A DNA stretch of 64,000 nucleotides from Chlorokybus atmophyticus (lineage: Eukaryota > Plantae > Mesostigma and Chlorokybus algae). A program made the translations under genes and the position numbers. Shown here one piece after another: positions 50,750 through 63,000 of this stretch (the stretch's first letter is position 1; the number at the start of each line of letters is the position of its first letter). The stretch lies in NCBI GenBank assembly GCA_009103225.1, contig RHPI01003488.1, forward strand, positions 369,788 through 433,787, in the 5' to 3' direction. The notes under the pieces are model-generated. The model saw nothing but the letters and a program-made list of their open reading frames with translations. It ran no database searches and was not told the DNA's origin.

Positions 50750-52597
50750 CATGCATGTTACTCGTATGAATTTGTGCTGAGCACGCACCATGCCCAATCA
50801 ATCCATATACATGTACCGTATTTACCCGTTCACAGTGTCCTTATTACCGTTCTCCCCTTGTATTTTTAGGGCACATTATTAGAATGTATTATGCCCCCTT
50901 GTTACAAGGTTACGCATTAAATACAATAAGTTACACTTTAATTGTTTGTTATCACGTAATTGATCACAATGAATTAAATTGAATACAGTCTATACGGTCA
51001 GCCAGCATAATTTCAATTCAATAATACTATTTCCCAAACAAAGTGCCCCGAATGCAATTATTCTCATGTCAGTTTGAGAGGGCCAATATGGTAGAAGGGA
51101 AGCATTGTGAACGGGTAAATACGATAATACACTACACATCGCGAGTGCATGTTATACACTTAACTATACGGATTTGGCAACCACCAAAGCTAACTTAACT
51201 CGATTAAGCGGCACAATCTTAAGCTACATTCATGGTGTTAATGAACATGCACATATCTGCTCACAAGACTTCACTGTGTGCATGTTGTAACACAGGTGTA
51301 AATGTGCAATGCATGTCCTCGTGTATTACTTAAACGTAATGCTGAAATGTGTGTCTCACATGAGATACACATTTCAGCACACAATGAATTGAATGTTTGA
51401 ATTTTATTTAAATAATTAAGTGTAAATTGTAGATAACGGAATCTTTGTAATCGAGTCTTCATTCCACAATCTATGGTATTTTGTGTTCGTCTTGATAATC
51501 AACACATCATTTCATTATTCAATTGCATCATTAATGTACATTTAATTATTGCTGCCGTGAGCAACAGACACAATACGTTACATGATAATGCGTAATATCT
51601 TATTGTGTTGTTTTATTTGTCATATGCGGAGGTTTAAAGTATTTTTATTCGTATACCGTCAGTCAAGTTTTTATTGTAACAATGGCAATACTGCAATTAT
51701 GCATGCATTGATATTGTCGACATGTAATGGTATAATCTGACGTGTCTGCTCCACATTATCATATTACCGCTAAATATTTTGCGTTGGCTTGATCTATTAT
51801 GGCGCTCCATGATGGCTTGAGAATGTTTCCCGCAATGAGGCAAAGAGCCACAAATCGTAACATGCAAGCCAACACATACGAACAGGTTTTTATAAACCGT
51901 TTTTGGTTTATATTAAAAGAGCAATTAACTATAGGTTAATTACGGATTGAAGCTCACTATAGTTGATGGCTATCAACGGTAATGGCATTAAGTGAGTAAG
52001 CTTATAATGCTGTTTTAAAAGTAATTACCACATTGGCAAAAGCTTGGCCCAATGATAACATATGGGTTCAGATATACAAGTTGTGATCAATTATAAGCTT
52101 AACCCATCAATTGGTTTCAATAGCCCTGGCACAAATGACACGCGACGCGCTTAATCTCAACGCATAGATTAAAACTGTGAGAGTTCAGACTTATGAATTG
52201 ACATCAAACAACTCATTTAGCTATCATGAAGCACTAGGTTAAAGGAGAGCCAGCCACCAGATTCTTTTTATCCCACATGAATTTTTCGAATTAATATGAC
52301 CTTGGTTTATTAATAAGCAACGCTTGCACCCAATAGGTGAGTTTCTCAAGATTATTGCTTGCCGGCAATGGCAATTCGTAAATGGTATGCATGTAGTTGA
52401 CACACGATGGCGGCCGCGGCCGGCTCCCAAAATCTAGCCCATGTTACATTGCACCGCATGAATCAAAAAATAGCAATTGGTGATTCAGTTTTGCTTAGCC
52501 TCGCAATTTAATTTTGTTTGTCTTGAGGGTAGGGTAGGGAACCAATAACTTGCAAAGTAGCAAACTCATTATAAACTACTATTGTTTTTCTTACATA
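50750..52597. other. AT-rich non-genic island, probably a decayed mobile-element relic
   Basis: Visibly lower GC than flanking genes, no long ORF, directly abuts the DNA transposon. Confidence 0.35.
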
Positions 52598-55500
52598 TAG
52601 GGTAAGACCAGTATATTTCGGACACCTAATTAAGGATAGGTTTTGTACTATGTTATACCTATTTGATGGTGTTAGGTGATAGATTATGGGATAGCCCTTG
52701 GCGCGTACTGCTTGACACCGTTGATGGCATATTTTTAGGGTTAGTATTGTGCTGTCAGCGGTCAGTCAAGTAGACAGGTGTCAGCGAGTGGTCTTAAAAC
52801 CCTATTTTCTTAATTTCGGACGGCTGAAAACGGCTGCTTTCAGCCTGCTGTGGTGGTGTGCTGGCGTCTGACAGGCCTTAGCCTGTGCTGACGTGTTGCC
52901 CTTGCCTAGTGGCGCCCGTGACGTACCTTTCAACCTCGCTGCCATCGCCGCAGAGGCTGGTGGCAAGGTTGTTGTTGTTGTTGGTTGTCCGAACCTAGGC
53001 GAGGTGGTTGGCGTCTGCTGCCTGGTGCGCCTTCCTAGTCGTCTTGTGGCGCCGAGACGCTCCGTCCGCCCGTCCGGCCTCCATCATGGTGAGTCCTAGT
53101 CGGCACATGCTTGGTGTTGTAGTTGAAACCCTAGGTGTGCCGTTTGCCTTGCTTGCCTGCACAGCCTTGCATGCACTCTGTGCGTGCGTGATTGTTTTTG
53201 TGTGTGTTGTTGGCTTGGTGTGTGTGCGCGTTGTTCTGTCTTGCTGTGTGGTTGTTAGGTTGGGGGCTTGGGTTGTTGGCATTGCATCCAGGTGTGTGCA
53301 TGTGTGTTTGTATTCTGCATAAGCATTGCATGCTGCATTGCGATTCAGCACTGTGCATGTGTGTGGACATTGCATGCTGGTGCTGTAGTGTTTCATTGGC
53401 ACAGTGTGTTGCACATATGTACATGGCCCTAGCTCTGTGGCCTCTCAAGAATGACTCTATCGAAACCCCATAGCAGCTAGCTTGAGGTTCAGCAATAGGC
53501 GAGCAGGAGTTGCGGTGGGGGCTGCTGCATCCGCAACCATGGTTGCCTGGTGCATCTCAGATCTGGTGGGGGACAGGGACATGTAGCGGGCAGGTTGTGG
53601 ACTTCCTGTGGGGCTTGGTTGTGGTGTCATGTTGTGCAGGGGGTCGTCCAGGTAGGCTGCATCTTGTACCTCCGTGTTCAAGTCGATAAAGCAAGGCCTG
53701 GCTCCTGCAAGTGTGTTTATGTGGGTGGGCCCTGCTCTGGTTATTGCTTGTTGCTGTGCTAACAGCTTGGCCTGCTTGGCAGCCTCCTTCTCAGCCTTGG
53801 CAGCCTCCTTCTCTGCCTTGGCGGCCTCCTTCTCAATCCTGGCTTGCTGCTTCTGCCAGGCCAGGGCCTCCCGCTGTGCAGCCTTCTCCACACGCTGCGC
53901 AGCTGCCAGCGCCTTCTTGCTTGCTGCTTCTGTCCTCTTCCGCGCTGCCTCCTGCTTGCGCGCCTCGCCTGATGCCTTCTTTGCTGCCAGCTCTGCCCTC
54001 TTGGCTTGCAGGGCCTTGATGTACCCTTCAGATGTGAGGCAAAGGGAGCCCTGAATCTGAGGGTTCTTGGCATTCTTCTGTTGCCACGCCGAAGGGCCAG
54101 CCTGCTGCTGCATGACTCTAAAGTTGATGTTGTTGGTGGCACCACCAGCACCTGCAGCCCCTTGAGAAGGTGGGTCATTGTTGACGTTGATGGTAATGGT
54201 GTTGTTGTTGTTGGTGATGTTGACATTGTTGTTGTTGACAATGCTGGGCATCACGGGCTCTGGAGGCTTGTTCTCCTTGTCGCTGCTGCTGTCATCATCT
54301 GTGGCATCAGAGCCGCCCTCCTCATCAAATGGCACAGGTACTCCTTGCCCATCCAACACGGGGCCTCCGAACTCGTGCTGCACTTGTGCATGAGCCAGGT
54401 CTGGGGTGACTTCGTCCGCCGTTGGTTTGGGCAGCTGTGGCAACTTGTCGTCCAATGCATGTACATTAACAGGCCAGATCCCTGTCACAAGGACAAGGTA
54501 TGTTTACCACGCTGTGTCTTCTGCAATTAGGTCAGCAATTAGGCCTAGGCATGCATGGGTGCTGTACCTGTCTTTTTGAACCCGCTCGTGATGTTGGCAG
54601 GTGTCATGGCTAGGTAAAAGCGCTTTGCTGTCAGCTCCACGAACTTCAGCTTGGTGATGGGGCAAGTGGGGTCTTCAACTCTCCACTTTAGGAACTCCTT
54701 CTTGTAGTGCGCCTTCAGCGACTTAAAGCAGCTCACATCCAGCACCTAAGTATGCATGGTATGTGTACATCAGCATTTGCATCTCAGCCAGCATGCATGC
54801 AAACATGCGCATCTCACCTGCATCAGGTGTGTCATATGGGCAGGGAATGTCAGCATAGTGACACCGTTGGCCCGTGCCTTCTCCAGGAGCTCAGGATTCA
54901 TACGAGAGGAATGGCCGTCAAGCAACAGAAGAACAGGCCTGTCCGGGCTGGCGCCACCAGGTATGTGGTTCAAGAACTGCTTGAACTAGTCAGCAAACAG
55001 GTCCAACGTCATGTATGCATTTTCCTGCATGCGCATGAAGGACCCATATGGGGCAGCCTGCACATAGTTCGATGTGAAGCGTGACCCCTTCAGGATGTGC
55101 ATTGGAGGCATAGAGGTGCCAGCAGCGCTGACGCATGCCATTACGCTCATATGTTCTCGGCTGCTAGCTTGGTTGTAGTATGGGTTTTTGTACCCCTTTT
55201 TGCATATCACTTTCACAGTTCCTGTCATTCACAACATTGTTAGCAACTTGCAGATGGCCTCTAACAGCAACTTGTGTGCATGTGTGAGCGCAGGTACATA
55301 CCAACATTGTCTGGCTCAAAGCCAGTCTCGTCCGCATTGAAGATGCGTGTGGGATCGTCGATGCCAAGCTCCTCCAGAGTCTTTGTGTACAGGTCAAAGA
55401 AGCCCTCCACATTCTCCCTGGTACACGCCTGCCACCTCCTCCGATCTAGACCCTCAGCTACTCTTGATGCCAACTGGTGGCGTGTCATGAGCAACCGCAA

Positions 55501-55757
55501 CCACTTGTAGCCAGGCATGCCACTGGCACCAAACCTCTTCAGCCTCATCTTGGGGTCATCCTTCAGCATGCTGACCACCTGCTCACGCAACACCTAGGTG
55601 AGTCCAGCAGCACACTGCACACATCATACACACACAACAGTCATGCACACACAGGCCTATTGTTCACACTTGCACACACAACCTCAACAACCAAGTGACT
55701 TCACCTTCTGTAACAGGGCTGGGCGGGTGACACCAAAGTTGCTGTCCGCACACCGGT

Positions 55758-56297
55758 TGTCACAGCCCACTCGACCACAAAAGACTTGGTGCTTGGTGCT
55801 TTTATGGTCGATTTGTGGTAATTTGAAGTACCTTCCCGTTACATTCCCCCCCACTTAAGAACGCTGACGTCCTCGGCAGCTGCCCGGTCAGCTGGGGAAT
55901 TACCCAAGGGGTTTGTTAGGGTCGGTCACCGGCCCCACCACCCAAGGACCGGCCAATTTAGGCCCATACCGGTAAACGCGCGCATAGCGCTCCGCTGCCG
56001 GCCCCACAGGTCGCGTCGCCGCGATAGGCAGGTCGCGCCCTGCCGCGCCGACTGAACTGGTCAGGTCACTTCGGCGCGACTGCCATTAGGCAAGTCGCGA
56101 CCCATCGATGATGGCACTCATAAAGTGACCATTTACGATTATTGGATCGAGAAACAACGACCGCGGAATTCGTGTGCAAGGCAGGAATCGAACCCGGGAC
56201 TCAAGCTCCGATGACCAATGTCACAGCCCACTCGACCACAAAAGACTTGGTGCTTTTATGGTCGATTTGTGGTAGTTTGAAGTACCTTCCCGTTACA
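55758..56297 (-). mobile_element. Terminal-repeat retrotransposon in miniature (TRIM), 540 bp, non-autonomous
   Basis: LTRs 56297-56219 (79 bp) and 55843-55758 (86 bp), TG...CA ends, differing by a 7 bp duplication and 1 substitution. 5 bp TSD ACCGG (plus strand CCGGT at 55753-55757 and 56298-56302), PBS-like TGGTCATCGGAGC (56217-56205), PPT AGTGGGGGGAA, 375 bp internal region. Confidence 0.93.
56184..56238 (-). promoter_or_regulatory. tRNA-type (type 2) Pol III promoter spanning the TRIM 5' LTR/PBS junction
   Basis: A-box TGGTCGAGTGG (56238-56228) and B-box GGTTCGATTCC (56194-56184) start 44 nt apart, as positions 8 and 52 of a tRNA do. Confidence 0.65.
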
Positions 56298-57399
56298 CCG
56301 GTTGATCCAAGTGACAAGCTCCTTCTCCTCCGCATCGCTCATCACAGGTGGCCTCCCCATAGGCACTGGAAGCTGCAGCTTCTTAGGGCAGTGCACATAG
56401 TCACAAAGGGTGGACTTGGCCACACCATGGGTGGCAGCAGATATCCTAAGGCCCATCCCAGCCTTCACATCATCAACAGCCACTGCCATCTTCAACAAGA
56501 GACCCTGACCCCGTGCCCCCCAGTTGACATATCGCATGCCCTTGCGCCTGGTGGTGCCTAGGCAGCTTCTGAGAGCAGCCTTACTGCGGCCCCTGGCACG
56601 TTTGCCCAAGCGAGGGGCAGAGGGTGTGCTGCATGCTCTCTTGCTACCACACGTAGGAGTGGTCTCCTGTATTGCATAGCAGTCAGAAACATAGCAGCCC
56701 TAGCACACAACAGTAGCGGACTTGTATGACAGTAAGCATGTCAACACCATCTCACCTCATCTTCTTGTGTGCATCCTGTTGTGCATTGACTGGCCTGCCC
56801 CTCTAGTGTGCCTCTCATGTGCACCATGAATGCACCCTCCCTATCGCAACTAACAGACAACGCTTCTCAATACACAACACATCCCCCTCACCAATGCACA
56901 CCGCCACTGCCTCACCACCACACCACCAACACTTGCCCACACCCAACTTCAGACTGCTGCTATCATAGCAGCAGTTGATGATCAACTGACTCACAAAACT
57001 GCCAATTTTCGCACTTGTACATTACCCGCCACAACTTTCAAAAGCCAAAGCTGTTAAGCAAACCCTCTTAGGGGGGTTAACTAGACAGCTCAGGCAGTCT
57101 ACACAGTTATCGAGCACCACCGTTGGCCAAGTACAACTCTATCCTTAAGGGTTCAAAGTCAAGTAAACCATATTTCAACACTTGAAATTAAATACTTGAC
57201 TGAGTGCCTTCGCGCCATTACTCAACCAATGATGGTGAAACCTAGTGGAGGCATTGCATTGGCTCACAGCTACACGCCAGAACAACAACCACCTCATTTA
57301 GCCGCCAAATGCCGCAACTACAGCGTGGCAAATAGCCCTTAGCGCGCCTTGTCCGAAATTATGACACTGTCCGAACTAAGTCGGTCTTACCCTAGTCAA

Positions 57400-59100
57400 C
57401 GGCAGAACTATTGAAGAGAACGACCTGTAAAACGAGGGTACATTCTTAGTACATCCACCTCATTGCAATGATTCAAGTAGTGTGTCATTTCAAACAGCCC
57501 CCGATAAAAAGCCCATTGGTAGCAGTGTTATAGCACTCCGTGTATGCTTGGATTGCGATCGATCATGGCGTGCATTACAACCAATAAAAAGCGATATGGA
57601 CTTTTTGCTCCACCATCTCCCACGTGAACGTATATAGCGAGACACACAACTAGTTGTGAACATTAACAAGTAGACTTGCATAAGTTGCAAGCACATGTGG
57701 AAGACTCACAATTTGTTGTTGTTACTATGTATGCGTTGCGGCTCTGAAAATCCACCCATTGGTAATAGGGCTCCCGCCAACAACCCTTTAGACAAACTAC
57801 TCCGTCCGGTTCATTTGTGGACTCGTTCAACTTGGCTATGGCTATTCGACAAATGTTATCTGCTAAAGGGTTCAACAATGTTACCCTCCCTATGACCATG
57901 GTTGGCTGAGTATGAAGACATCTTCTCGCTTTGCACCATATCTGCACTACGAGTAGTTGAAGGTGTCACTGTAGCATGAGTCATGTTATAGTGTGGCTCT
58001 ATGCATCACAGTGTTCAAGTGATTGTGCATGTCTGTACGTGCAACCATGACCAGGTATATACCGTTTACATGTGTGGTTGCAACTACACGTGTGCGTGTG
58101 CGCGGGCGTGCGTGCGTGTGCGCGGGCGTGTGTGCGCACGCATGCATTTTCTTTTTGCAAACTCTAGTACACTAGAGTTGTTACCTTGAACATGAGCAAC
58201 AGGTCTTCCACAGCATTGCCAAGTTTAGGGTCCAACTTGCAATTGAAAGCTTCAACCGCCGGTGTGCACAACACGTGCACAACACATTCTCCACTCCTAA
58301 TCAGAACATGCATAAACACATACCAATATCCACACACGCACACGCACATGCACACGCGCGCACGCATGCACGTCTGCATATGGTCACATCCAATCTCACA
58401 ACTACCAACACAGACAAACGTGCACACATGCACACCTCATCATCAACTTGATGTACCTCAACTCCGCGTCTTAGTCTCGTCTTGTGACGAAAAGCGTGTC
58501 GACAAAATGTCTTTCAACATATCAGTGATGAACTTCTCCGTTGGTACTTCCACCTCCTGCCGAGAGCCAAATTAAGTTTCAGTATGTTGTCGTTAGCATC
58601 CGCATGCGCACTTGCTTGCATGCATCTGCATGTGCAGGTACGTGATTGGCACTTTGTGCCCATGTGTGCGTTTGTATGTATGCATGTGTGCGTTTGCGTG
58701 TACGTGCGCACACAACATGATCATGACTGCTTGTGTATGCGTGCACATTTCAGTTGCGTGCACATCACTCACGACATTCACACACACTACATTCCCTCTC
58801 ACCTGCAGCTATTGGAACGACAACTCCGTGCTTTTCTCCGCCCACGTTTTACTCACATGAAATCACTTGATCTCCTCGTGTAATATGCAGCGCCACATTT
58901 GCACTCAGCGTCTCTTTGAACCCTTCCACTTGCTTCTCCGCGTCATTTCTGAGCTGTAATATCGACGCAAACATGCGGTATGTGGCTGTAGAGAGGTGGG
59001 ATTGCCTTATGCGCTCGGGTAAGGTGCGAAGAGGGGAGGAGGGAGAGGGAGGAGGAGGGGTTCAACACGCCCAATCCGATCTGCGAGTGGCAAAAGAGTG
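57400..59100 (-). pseudogene. Fragmentary spliced coding remnants of unknown identity
   Basis: Exon-like pieces EVEVPTEKFITDMLKDILSTRF, PAVEAFNCKLDPKLGNAVEDLLLMFK, and a Cys-rich NCESSTCACNLCKSTC segment; internal stops; no family recognised. Confidence 0.3.
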
Positions 59101-59271
59101 TTGATGCACAAGCACACACGTATACATTGCGTCGCATGGTGCGTGCGCGCGTATAGCACATGCACGCACTCCTTCTCAGTTCCACTCACGTGCAAAAGCA
59201 CAAGAGCGCGCATGCGCACGCACGCACATAACGACCCTCCCCGAGTTGACTTACATAGGGTCCCACTCACC

Positions 59272-59920
59272 NNNNNNNNNNNNNNNNNNNNNNNNNNNNN
59301 NNNNNNNNNNNNNNNNNNNNNNNNNNNNNNNNNNNNNNNNNNNNNNNNNNNNNNNNNNNNNNNNNNNNNNNNNNNNNNNNNNNNNNNNNNNNNNNNNNNN
59401 NNNNNNNNNNNNNNNNNNNNNNNNNNNNNNNNNNNNNNNNNNNNNNNNNNNNNNNNNNNNNNNNNNNNNNNNNNNNNNNNNNNNNNNNNNNNNNNNNNNN
59501 NNNNNNNNNNNNNNNNNNNNNNNNNNNNNNNNNNNNNNNNNNNNNNNNNNNNNNNNNNNNNNNNNNNNNNNNNNNNNNNNNNNNNNNNNNNNNNNNNNNN
59601 NNNNNNNNNNNNNNNNNNNNNNNNNNNNNNNNNNNNNNNNNNNNNNNNNNNNNNNNNNNNNNNNNNNNNNNNNNNNNNNNNNNNNNNNNNNNNNNNNNNN
59701 NNNNNNNNNNNNNNNNNNNNNNNNNNNNNNNNNNNNNNNNNNNNNNNNNNNNNNNNNNNNNNNNNNNNNNNNNNNNNNNNNNNNNNNNNNNNNNNNNNNN
59801 NNNNNNNNNNNNNNNNNNNNNNNNNNNNNNNNNNNNNNNNNNNNNNNNNNNNNNNNNNNNNNNNNNNNNNNNNNNNNNNNNNNNNNNNNNNNNNNNNNNN
59901 NNNNNNNNNNNNNNNNNNNN
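59272..59920. other. Assembly gap (N run)
   Basis: Seen directly; smaller gaps near 19406-19420, 28324-28423 and 30297-30359. Confidence 1.
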
Positions 59921-60089
59921 TCCTCTCTCCTCTTGCTAGCGGTTTGCTCAGCCAGCAGTGCGTCTCCGCTGCTCTCCCAGCGCATAGAAGTTGTCCCCCC
60001 TCGGGTGGTCACCTTCCGGAGCTAGTGGCTAAGTCCGCCACCCGCGCCGCTGCGCCCGCTACGTGCTATTGAGATGGTTACTTTGTAAC

Positions 60090-63000
60090 AGGTCAGCAAG
60101 TAAGTGTGCAACTAGTTGAGACCTCTTTGACACAGGACGTCTCCGAAACGCTGGCACTCCTCGTGTACACATGGTGGGTGGGACCCTATGTAAGTCAACT
60201 CGGTCTTCGTGTCGCCATGTGCACGATACATCTACCAGATCTCTTGCAGCGCAACAACGGTCAGCAATGTCACTCACATCTTCAGGACATTAACTTCAAG
60301 ATGTATAAGCATGCAGCTGCAGATCGATGTGCCTACACCAGCAGGCATACTACCACATCAGTACGCCGCATTCTTTGTATACACGCTTGCGCTATGTGCT
60401 GCGGGTACATGTTGGTACAGATATTGGTATACACCCTATACACTGAAAGCTGACGACAGTCCTCGGGTACTGTAGCTGTTGGAACGGATACTGTTTTAGC
60501 GTTTAGGATGCGTCGGGCTCACGTCAGCTGTCTAGAAAATGCAGCGTGGCTTCTCACAATGGCCGCGTGGTGTCTCCCAAAGCCTTGCGCTGACTCGCAA
60601 GCGTCTCTTCAAGGCCACGGCGGCTGTCCACGAGACCCGCGCGCTGCCTAATAAGGTCATCCATCTGTGCTTTAAGCGAGATGATCCGCCCATCCATCTC
60701 TGGCATCCGTTGGCGGTTAGTTGCCAGGTCTCTTTCCGAGCCGCAAACACCCTCCTCAAACTGTTGGCTTTCTCGCAGCAGTGTGTTTACGGAAGCCCAG
60801 GTTTGCTCTCGTGTCTCACGTGGCCTCTCGTCCAATGGCTGTGACGCGGGTGGTGACGGGTGTGTGCTTTGAGCGGAGGAGGGGGCATGCTGATCGTGCG
60901 GGCCGTTGTTGTGCTGTCCCGTCTTGCACGCCGAGTGGGCTGCACGACGCTCAGCTGCATTGGCTGCTCATCTACAGGAAGGTACAGTCGCGTGGTAGTG
61001 CAATGAGAGGCAGACTTGCCTGGCGTGGTGTCGGCCTCAGCCGGCGAGGGGCTCGCGCAAGCTCTCGTGGCCCAAAGCTGTTGTCTTGTTACCTAGTACT
61101 ATAGCCAGAGTCTTCATTTGCCTTGTTTATGTCGCCCAAACATACCTCTGCAAACGCTTTCGGGCGCTTGGAATGCTGAGCACAGTCTGCAGAGTCTGTA
61201 CACATGCACGCGCATTCTTGGTGTGCGTGGTGACATGCGGGCCTCGTGTGCATGCATGTATAGTGCATGCATGTAGAGCCTCTCAATGACTGAGTGCGAT
61301 GCCATTTGCTGAGTGGTTGACGAGCATGTAAGCTCTCACCTTCCTTGTTGTTGGCCTTTTCCGAGAAGTCGTCGGGGAAGCTCGCTCTGTTGAGGCGCTT
61401 GTCCACTAAGCCCCTCATTGTCACAACCCTGTCGTAGGCCAGCGCCGCCTCCTTCTCATTGCTGCCATGCATGCGCAAGCAAATAGATTTTCCTTTCACC
61501 ACGCGCTGCTGCCAACTTAGGGACCACGTTTGTCTTACAGCCTCCACTCACCCGTATGTGCCCTCATACACGGATCTCTTGCGGACGCGCAGCAGCACCC
61601 TCCAACGGGGAGCGCAGTTTGAAGCCGTCATAAAGTCCCCAAAGTACTTGGATGTGCCTGACCTTCGCTGCTGGTTGTCCTCCTTGTCGGCATTCTCACT
61701 GCTGCGCGCCCCCACGAGGTTGCTCCACGTGCGCACGGTGGCGCCGCTGCACACGGTCAAGTGGCTGGCGGGCAGGTCCGCCATGCTAGCGTCAGGCTGG
61801 CCTGCCGCAAAGAAGACAAGAGAAAGGCAAGAGACAAGGCAAAACAAGTTCAACCTGTTTCAGTGACGTTCAATCAGCTGCTGCTAAGGCAAGAGCAAGA
61901 GGAGACAAGGCAAGGGGAAGCGCATCCATGGTAATAACGAGGCGGTGCCCTCTCTCGAGTGCTTTTCAAGCAAGCACTGCTTGTCAAGTAAGCAATCAGG
62001 CAATGCGATGTGTATGTTACCTGTGATATGGCATGCTATCTTCCTAGAGCTGAGGATGTTTACGTTGCATGTCCTGCAGTGGAAGTGGAGGCGGGGCCCT
62101 AGGCTTGCCCTGTGCAGCACCACGGACGTCCCGGCATGAGAAGGCGTCCTGGCGGGAGGGGCAGCACTGGGCGCCACCGACCGCGTGTCGCCCTCGCGCA
62201 CGAGCTGGGCCGCATGCAGGCTGGTGAGCTGAACCATGAGCGCCACCACCAACCTGACAACGCAAACTCACATGAGTGAATGCACACACAGGGCAGGGCG
62301 TTGGTGAGTGCACGATGGTTGCACAGCATACCCTGGCCTAACCTTACCTGGTCAGCGAGGAGTGCTGCCGCCTCCCTGCCCAGCCGCATGCATGTGTCCA
62401 TTCCAGCGCAAAGCGGCGGGCAATGTCCACGTACTCCTCCTGTACGCAGCACCAGTAGCAGCAGGCTTTTCATCCCCCATCAACACCTGGGTGCTGTTGA
62501 TGGGATGTCTGGTGGCAGCATTGGCAGCCGGTCACATTGACAACCTGCTGAGCATGGCTGCTGCGCGCATGCCGGAGCACGCGGCCTGAGGCGGCATTGT
62601 TCAAGTTCTGGTGCTGCTGCTGCTGCTGCTGCGCAGTGGGCCGTCATTAGCTCGTTGGGGTGAGTGGAGCAGCAGCCTACTGAGGATGTGTGTCTCGTCA
62701 TAGACCAGAGCCTACCTGTGGATCTCTAGCCTTCTTCGCGTTGCCGTTGGAGTCCCCCCGGTCGTAATCAGTGCTAGTCGCACATTCTCCTACGTGCGCA
62801 CTGCGCGGAATCAGTCATCTGTCTTGTGCAGATGTATACGCAACATATCATGCGCAAATGCAACAGTCATATGCATACACCAGCGCGAACAGTTATCAAC
62901 AACACTGGTGGAATTGGCTTAGTACTGACTTTTACCATCCGTGTTCTTGGCCGTGGCATGCACTGGCCCAGAGAGTGTGGCGCAACTCTCCTGCAGCCTT

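Larger units (their letters stand above)
53457..56760 (-). pseudogene. Intron-containing DDE_1 transposase (HTH-psq, CENP-B HTH, DDE, C-terminal coiled coil), inactivated
   Basis: GMGLRISAATHGVAKSTLCDYV; EEKELVTWINRCADSNFGVTR; RIFNADETGF; VLLLLDGHSS; HMTHLMQ|VLDVSCFKSLK. TGG-to-TAG stop at ~54987 and an LTR-element insertion in the CENP-B exon. Confidence 0.92.
52600..57392 (-). mobile_element. Full-length pogo/Fot1-type (Tc1-mariner superfamily, DDE_1) DNA transposon, 4793 bp
   Basis: Left TIR GGGTAAGACCAGTATATTTCGGACAC (52600); right TIR reverse complement GGGTAAGACCGACTTAGTTCGGACAG (ending 57392). TA at 52598-52599 and 57393-57394; subterminal TTTCGGAC repeats at both ends. Confidence 0.92.

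Noticed and set aside
56170-56246. Stand-alone tRNA gene
   Set aside because: A- and B-boxes are present but no acceptor or anticodon stem can be formed; the sequence is part of the TRIM LTR/PBS.
55758-56297. CRISPR-like or simple direct repeat
   Set aside because: Only two ~80 bp copies, with TG..CA ends, TSD, PBS and PPT; explained as LTRs. No CRISPR array anywhere in the window.
57663-57947. SWIM, CXC or SET-domain assignment for the Cys-rich fragment
   Set aside because: Cys spacing matches none convincingly; left unassigned.
59098-60072. Long ORFs of 250-320 aa
   Set aside because: Mostly N-gap translated as X.
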